From a virus (lineage: Duplodnaviria; Caudoviricetes), in the IMG/VR virus record IMGVR_UViG_3300030397_000588, positions 1-45,876 of that record: a stretch of DNA of 45,876 nt; one strand, given 5' to 3'. Shown here piece by piece: positions 42,936-45,876 of the stretch. The notes under the pieces are model-generated. The model was not told the DNA's origin, ran no database searches, and saw only the letters and a program-made list of their open reading frames with translations. Numbering within the stretch: position 1 is the stretch's first letter; each line of letters opens with the position of its first letter. The position numbers and the translations under genes were made by a program.

Positions 42936-43196
42936 ATGGCATATCGATCAAATATTTTCAAGGCAATCGACCGAGAAAGAGAATTTCAAGAATCCAAATG
43001 GGGCAAGAATCCGCATGGCGTTCCTGGCTGGCTTCAGATTATGGAATCGGAATTAAACGAAGCTAAGCAGGCATGGGTAAAAGGAAGCGGCGACCATGAA
43101 GCGCTTAAAGAGATATTACAGGTAATTTCGGTGGGTGTTGCTGCCCTTGAACAGCACGGATACGTAGAGCGAGAAGAAATAGAAGTCATTGGCTGA
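42936..43196 (+). CDS. MazG-like all-alpha NTP pyrophosphatase-fold protein
   Basis: IDRERE.QE.KWG...WL.IME.EL.EA...KE..QV..V.VAALE. Confidence 0.65.
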   Translation: MAYRSNIFKAIDREREFQESKWGKNPHGVPGWLQIMESELNEAKQAWVKGSGDHEALKEILQVISVGVAALEQHGYVEREEIEVIG

Positions 43197-43230
43197 CTTC
43201 CTCTAGAAACGCCATATCAGAAGTGAGAAA

Positions 43231-43521
43231 ATGAAAGAGAAACCAGAAATTCTTTACACCAATAATGAGGAAGGGATAGCGGTCGTTCAGAAGTGGTCCG
43301 ACTTCTGGGCTGACTACGAGTACTTTCTTGTGGAGTGGCAAAAGCCGATATGCTTTCTAAGAATGCGGTTTAGTGGTGGGTACTGGAAAGAGAGGCAAAA
43401 AACCCCGCACAAGTCAAAAGCTATTCTTTGGGCTGAACATTATGAAATGTCAGAGGCTGCCCCCCTTCCCTCTCAATCTCCATATAGCGAAGAGCATGTT
43501 TCGCCGCCTTCGGATTGGTAG
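43231..43521 (+). CDS. Hypothetical protein
   Basis: Co-oriented ORF. Confidence 0.45.
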   Translation: MKEKPEILYTNNEEGIAVVQKWSDFWADYEYFLVEWQKPICFLRMRFSGGYWKERQKTPHKSKAILWAEHYEMSEAAPLPSQSPYSEEHVSPPSDW

Positions 43522-43719
43522 CCAGAAACTGCGTCAAGGGCAGGTCCTCGTGGATCGGCTCTATGCGCCACAGCAGATAGAAGGACTGCGGCCTGGCCTG
43601 GACGACCTCCGGCACGGGCAGCTGGTGCTCGCGGCAGTAATCGCATATTTCTGAGGCTTCTGACCTTCTCATGACATGAAGGTAGTGCGAGAGAAGCCTG
43701 TTTCAAATTCATAATAGCT

Positions 43720-44079
43720 ATGAAAAACGATAAACAAAACTGTACGATCTGCGAGAATGAACTCGTATTAACGTGGACTGACTACCACGGAGAAGCCATT
43801 TGCATTTCATGCAATGCGAACTACCAAGTCTACCAGTATGATGAAGAACGAAACCGGATCGATGCGCCGCCTAAACTAAAGATATTTGATGTCTATGTGC
43901 CCTGGGCCAAGCGATACTGGGAAGAGAAAAAGAGACCTATGGGACTAGGTAGTTATCTAGGTCGGCATCCCAGCCCAGAAGATCATAGCGCCTTCTTCGA
44001 CTGGATGGATGAGCATTGCACAGAAGAAGACTATCTAAAACAGAATGCAGCTACGGCTGCGGGTGGTGATTATGCCTGA
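43720..44079 (+). CDS. Hypothetical zinc-ribbon protein
   Basis: CTIC...CISC. Confidence 0.6.
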   Translation: MKNDKQNCTICENELVLTWTDYHGEAICISCNANYQVYQYDEERNRIDAPPKLKIFDVYVPWAKRYWEEKKRPMGLGSYLGRHPSPEDHSAFFDWMDEHCTEEDYLKQNAATAAGGDYA

Positions 44080-44261
44080 TAAAATGGACTACACATATTT
44101 TCAGAGGAAGGTCAGCGAGAAATAAGATCTGTACTCGATAACTTGTTTTTCGGCAATAAGGAGCAGCGTAGTAAGGCAGCTAAACATTTATTGAATGATG
44201 ACAATGTTGTTGTATTTCCATGTGCACGGCCTCCACACACCCCGAAGCAGGAGCGTGAGTT

Positions 44262-44468
44262 ATGAACGATAAGATGCTACCCGAAATGCGAGGTGAGATT
44301 GCGGACGCAGTGCATAAAATCCTGATGGAATATGTACCTGTTGTCAAACGTCAAAAGAAGTCGATGGACTTGTTAATTGGCAAGGCGATGGGTGGTTTCG
44401 ACGATGGCGTTAAGCGAATGTGGGATGAAATAAAAACCCCCGCCCCACCAAGGAGCGAGGGCACGTAA
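44262..44468 (+). CDS. Hypothetical protein
   Basis: aggag SD; last rightward ORF. Confidence 0.5.
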   Translation: MNDKMLPEMRGEIADAVHKILMEYVPVVKRQKKSMDLLIGKAMGGFDDGVKRMWDEIKTPAPPRSEGT

Positions 44469-44474
44469 CCCGTT

Positions 44475-45437
44475 TTAGGCTGCTTGTTTCTTTGCTTTCT
44501 GGCGCTCGCGGTACGCCTTCTGCGAACATGCATCCTTGCAGTATTTGCCCTTCCTCGTATTCACCTCTCCGCATTGCAGGCATTTCTTTCTCTTAGGACC
44601 CCTGCTGGTGCGCCTGTGAGGTTTCGAGGGACTTACCTTGTCAGACTTGACCTGTGCCCCATTAAAAGACAACGAGGGCGGATCCTTGGAAGTGTGCCCA
44701 TCAGAGGACACCCCTACCCTCTCGCTGCTCCATTTAGCAAGAAAGCCCTGCCCTGCGCTGTCGATTACCTCGGGCTTCACCCCGATCATTCTGAGAATAG
44801 CAGGCATGTCCCTCTTAGCTGATTGCTTCAGAATCTTGCGCGCCCTGCGACCCGCCATTGCCTGACGCACCTCCGCTAGCCGCTGCTGCTGCGCCTGCTT
44901 CTTGAGCAGTCTAAGTTCACGCTGCTGGCTCAGTGCCAACATCTTCTCATCAAGCCGTCCCCGCTTTTCTTCGATCTTGACAAGCTTTGCGTAAGCCGCC
45001 TGGTCCCGCTCTGCCGTCATCACGGGGTTAACTGCCTGAATCCAGAATGAGCACATGAACATGACGGGCGCCGACGTAGGCAGAATCCAGGCGTAGTAGA
45101 ATGGCGTCCATCCATCTCCCCCACCCTGCGCCTGCGCCAGTATCCCGGCCGTGGCGTAGAACATCGCCAGCAGCCCCGAGACGCGCGCGGCCTTAAGCAT
45201 TTTGCCGACGAGTTCGCCCGAGATCCAGAGCTTGTAGACGGACCACAGGACCAGCTCAACCGAGACGATGCCCACAAGGACGAATACGAAGAAAAGGAAG
45301 CCGCCGCCGGAGTGATACCAGGCGTTTATGAAGTTGTGGGCGGCTGAGTAGAACAGAAAAAGGATGTGAATGAAGCCCAACGCTTTGTGTCCTCCAAAAA
45401 CGTTAGGGGCGTTAGGGTTATTGTTGGGGTTTTCCAT
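44475..45437 (-). CDS. Multi-TM membrane protein with coiled coil and C-terminal zinc finger
   Basis: About 4 TM helices, coiled coil, CLQCG...YCKDACSQKAYRER; ends in KQAA. Confidence 0.75.
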   Translation of the reverse strand: MENPNNNPNAPNVFGGHKALGFIHILFLFYSAAHNFINAWYHSGGGFLFFVFVLVGIVSVELVLWSVYKLWISGELVGKMLKAARVSGLLAMFYATAGILAQAQGGGDGWTPFYYAWILPTSAPVMFMCSFWIQAVNPVMTAERDQAAYAKLVKIEEKRGRLDEKMLALSQQRELRLLKKQAQQQRLAEVRQAMAGRRARKILKQSAKRDMPAILRMIGVKPEVIDSAGQGFLAKWSSERVGVSSDGHTSKDPPSLSFNGAQVKSDKVSPSKPHRRTSRGPKRKKCLQCGEVNTRKGKYCKDACSQKAYRERQKAKKQAA

Positions 45438-45669
45438 AACGATTTGTTTCCACGTAGAGGTGCCGGTGGGTTAGCTACTCTCACGCGGAAGTATACCGCG
45501 CCCGTTAGAGTTTCCTTGATCAACGGATAGCATACCACCGACGTGTTTTACTTTTTGTTTTGAGATTCGAGAAGTAACCAGGATAACCCTCAAAAGAGAG
45601 TAGATCAACTAGTGGGGAAGTCTAACAGAACGATTTCACATAGGGTCCAACACCAATAACATAACAGTG

Positions 45670-45858
45670 TCACCCCAACCACCACCACCCGGTCAAAACC
45701 AGCGACATAAATATCAGCCCAATTCCTATCCACATGTATCCGTTGCGCACGTTGCTTTCCCTGTATTTGTACACACGACTATGTCGCTGTTTGAACCCCG
45801 CGATCTGGTCCAGGGCGACATGCAATGGGACAGGCCTTCTGCTGCCGTTACTCGTCAC
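45670..45858 (-). CDS. Small membrane protein
   Basis: C-terminal TM helix. Confidence 0.45.
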   Translation of the reverse strand: MTSNGSRRPVPLHVALDQIAGFKQRHSRVYKYRESNVRNGYMWIGIGLIFMSLVLTGWWWLG

Positions 45859-45876
45859 GAGGAAGGCGTGGCCGTC

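Noticed and set aside
43421-43712. Minus-strand ORFs 43421-43672 and 43473-43712
   Set aside because: They overlap each other and a plus-strand ORF; cannot tell which, if any, is real
1-45876. Lysis cassette (holin/endolysin) and Q- or N-like antiterminator
   Set aside because: No recognisable motifs; may lie outside the window or be too divergent to see by eye

Overview
A ~46 kb stretch of a temperate long-tailed (siphovirus-type) phage. No host genes are visible and attP looks intact, so this is probably the excised or packaged form. Minus strand 1-15344 is the late operon: TerS, TerL, portal, MuF, a fused prohead protease-major capsid, connectors, tail tube, frameshifted tail chaperones and tape measure. 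It is interrupted by an inverted membrane-protein moron (1591-2205) and a repressor/RHH/antirepressor cassette (7385-9388). 15627-20152 is a leftward run of accessory genes, and 20235-24023 is a separate, apparently late module (LamG plus 21-aa repeats, Ig-like proteins). 26363-28795 holds two tandem divergent repressor cassettes. The rightward early operon follows: structured leader with two boxA-like sites, RecT-like protein, initiator with iterons, SpoU methyltransferase, xis, tyrosine integrase, attP matching a tmRNA-like 3' end, HNH, SPFH and many small ORFs. The host is inferred to be Bacteroidota/Rhodothermota-like, from the integrase type and one TTTG-N21-TAnnTTTG promoter. Most notable: an apparent -1 programmed frameshift fusing portal to MuF; three mosaic repressor switches, two with clear antisense-RNA units and one frameshifted; a late-promoter motif shared by three modules; a ~400-nt structured leader; and many proteins ending in Ala-Ala. 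All family calls come from reading motifs by eye, not from database searches.
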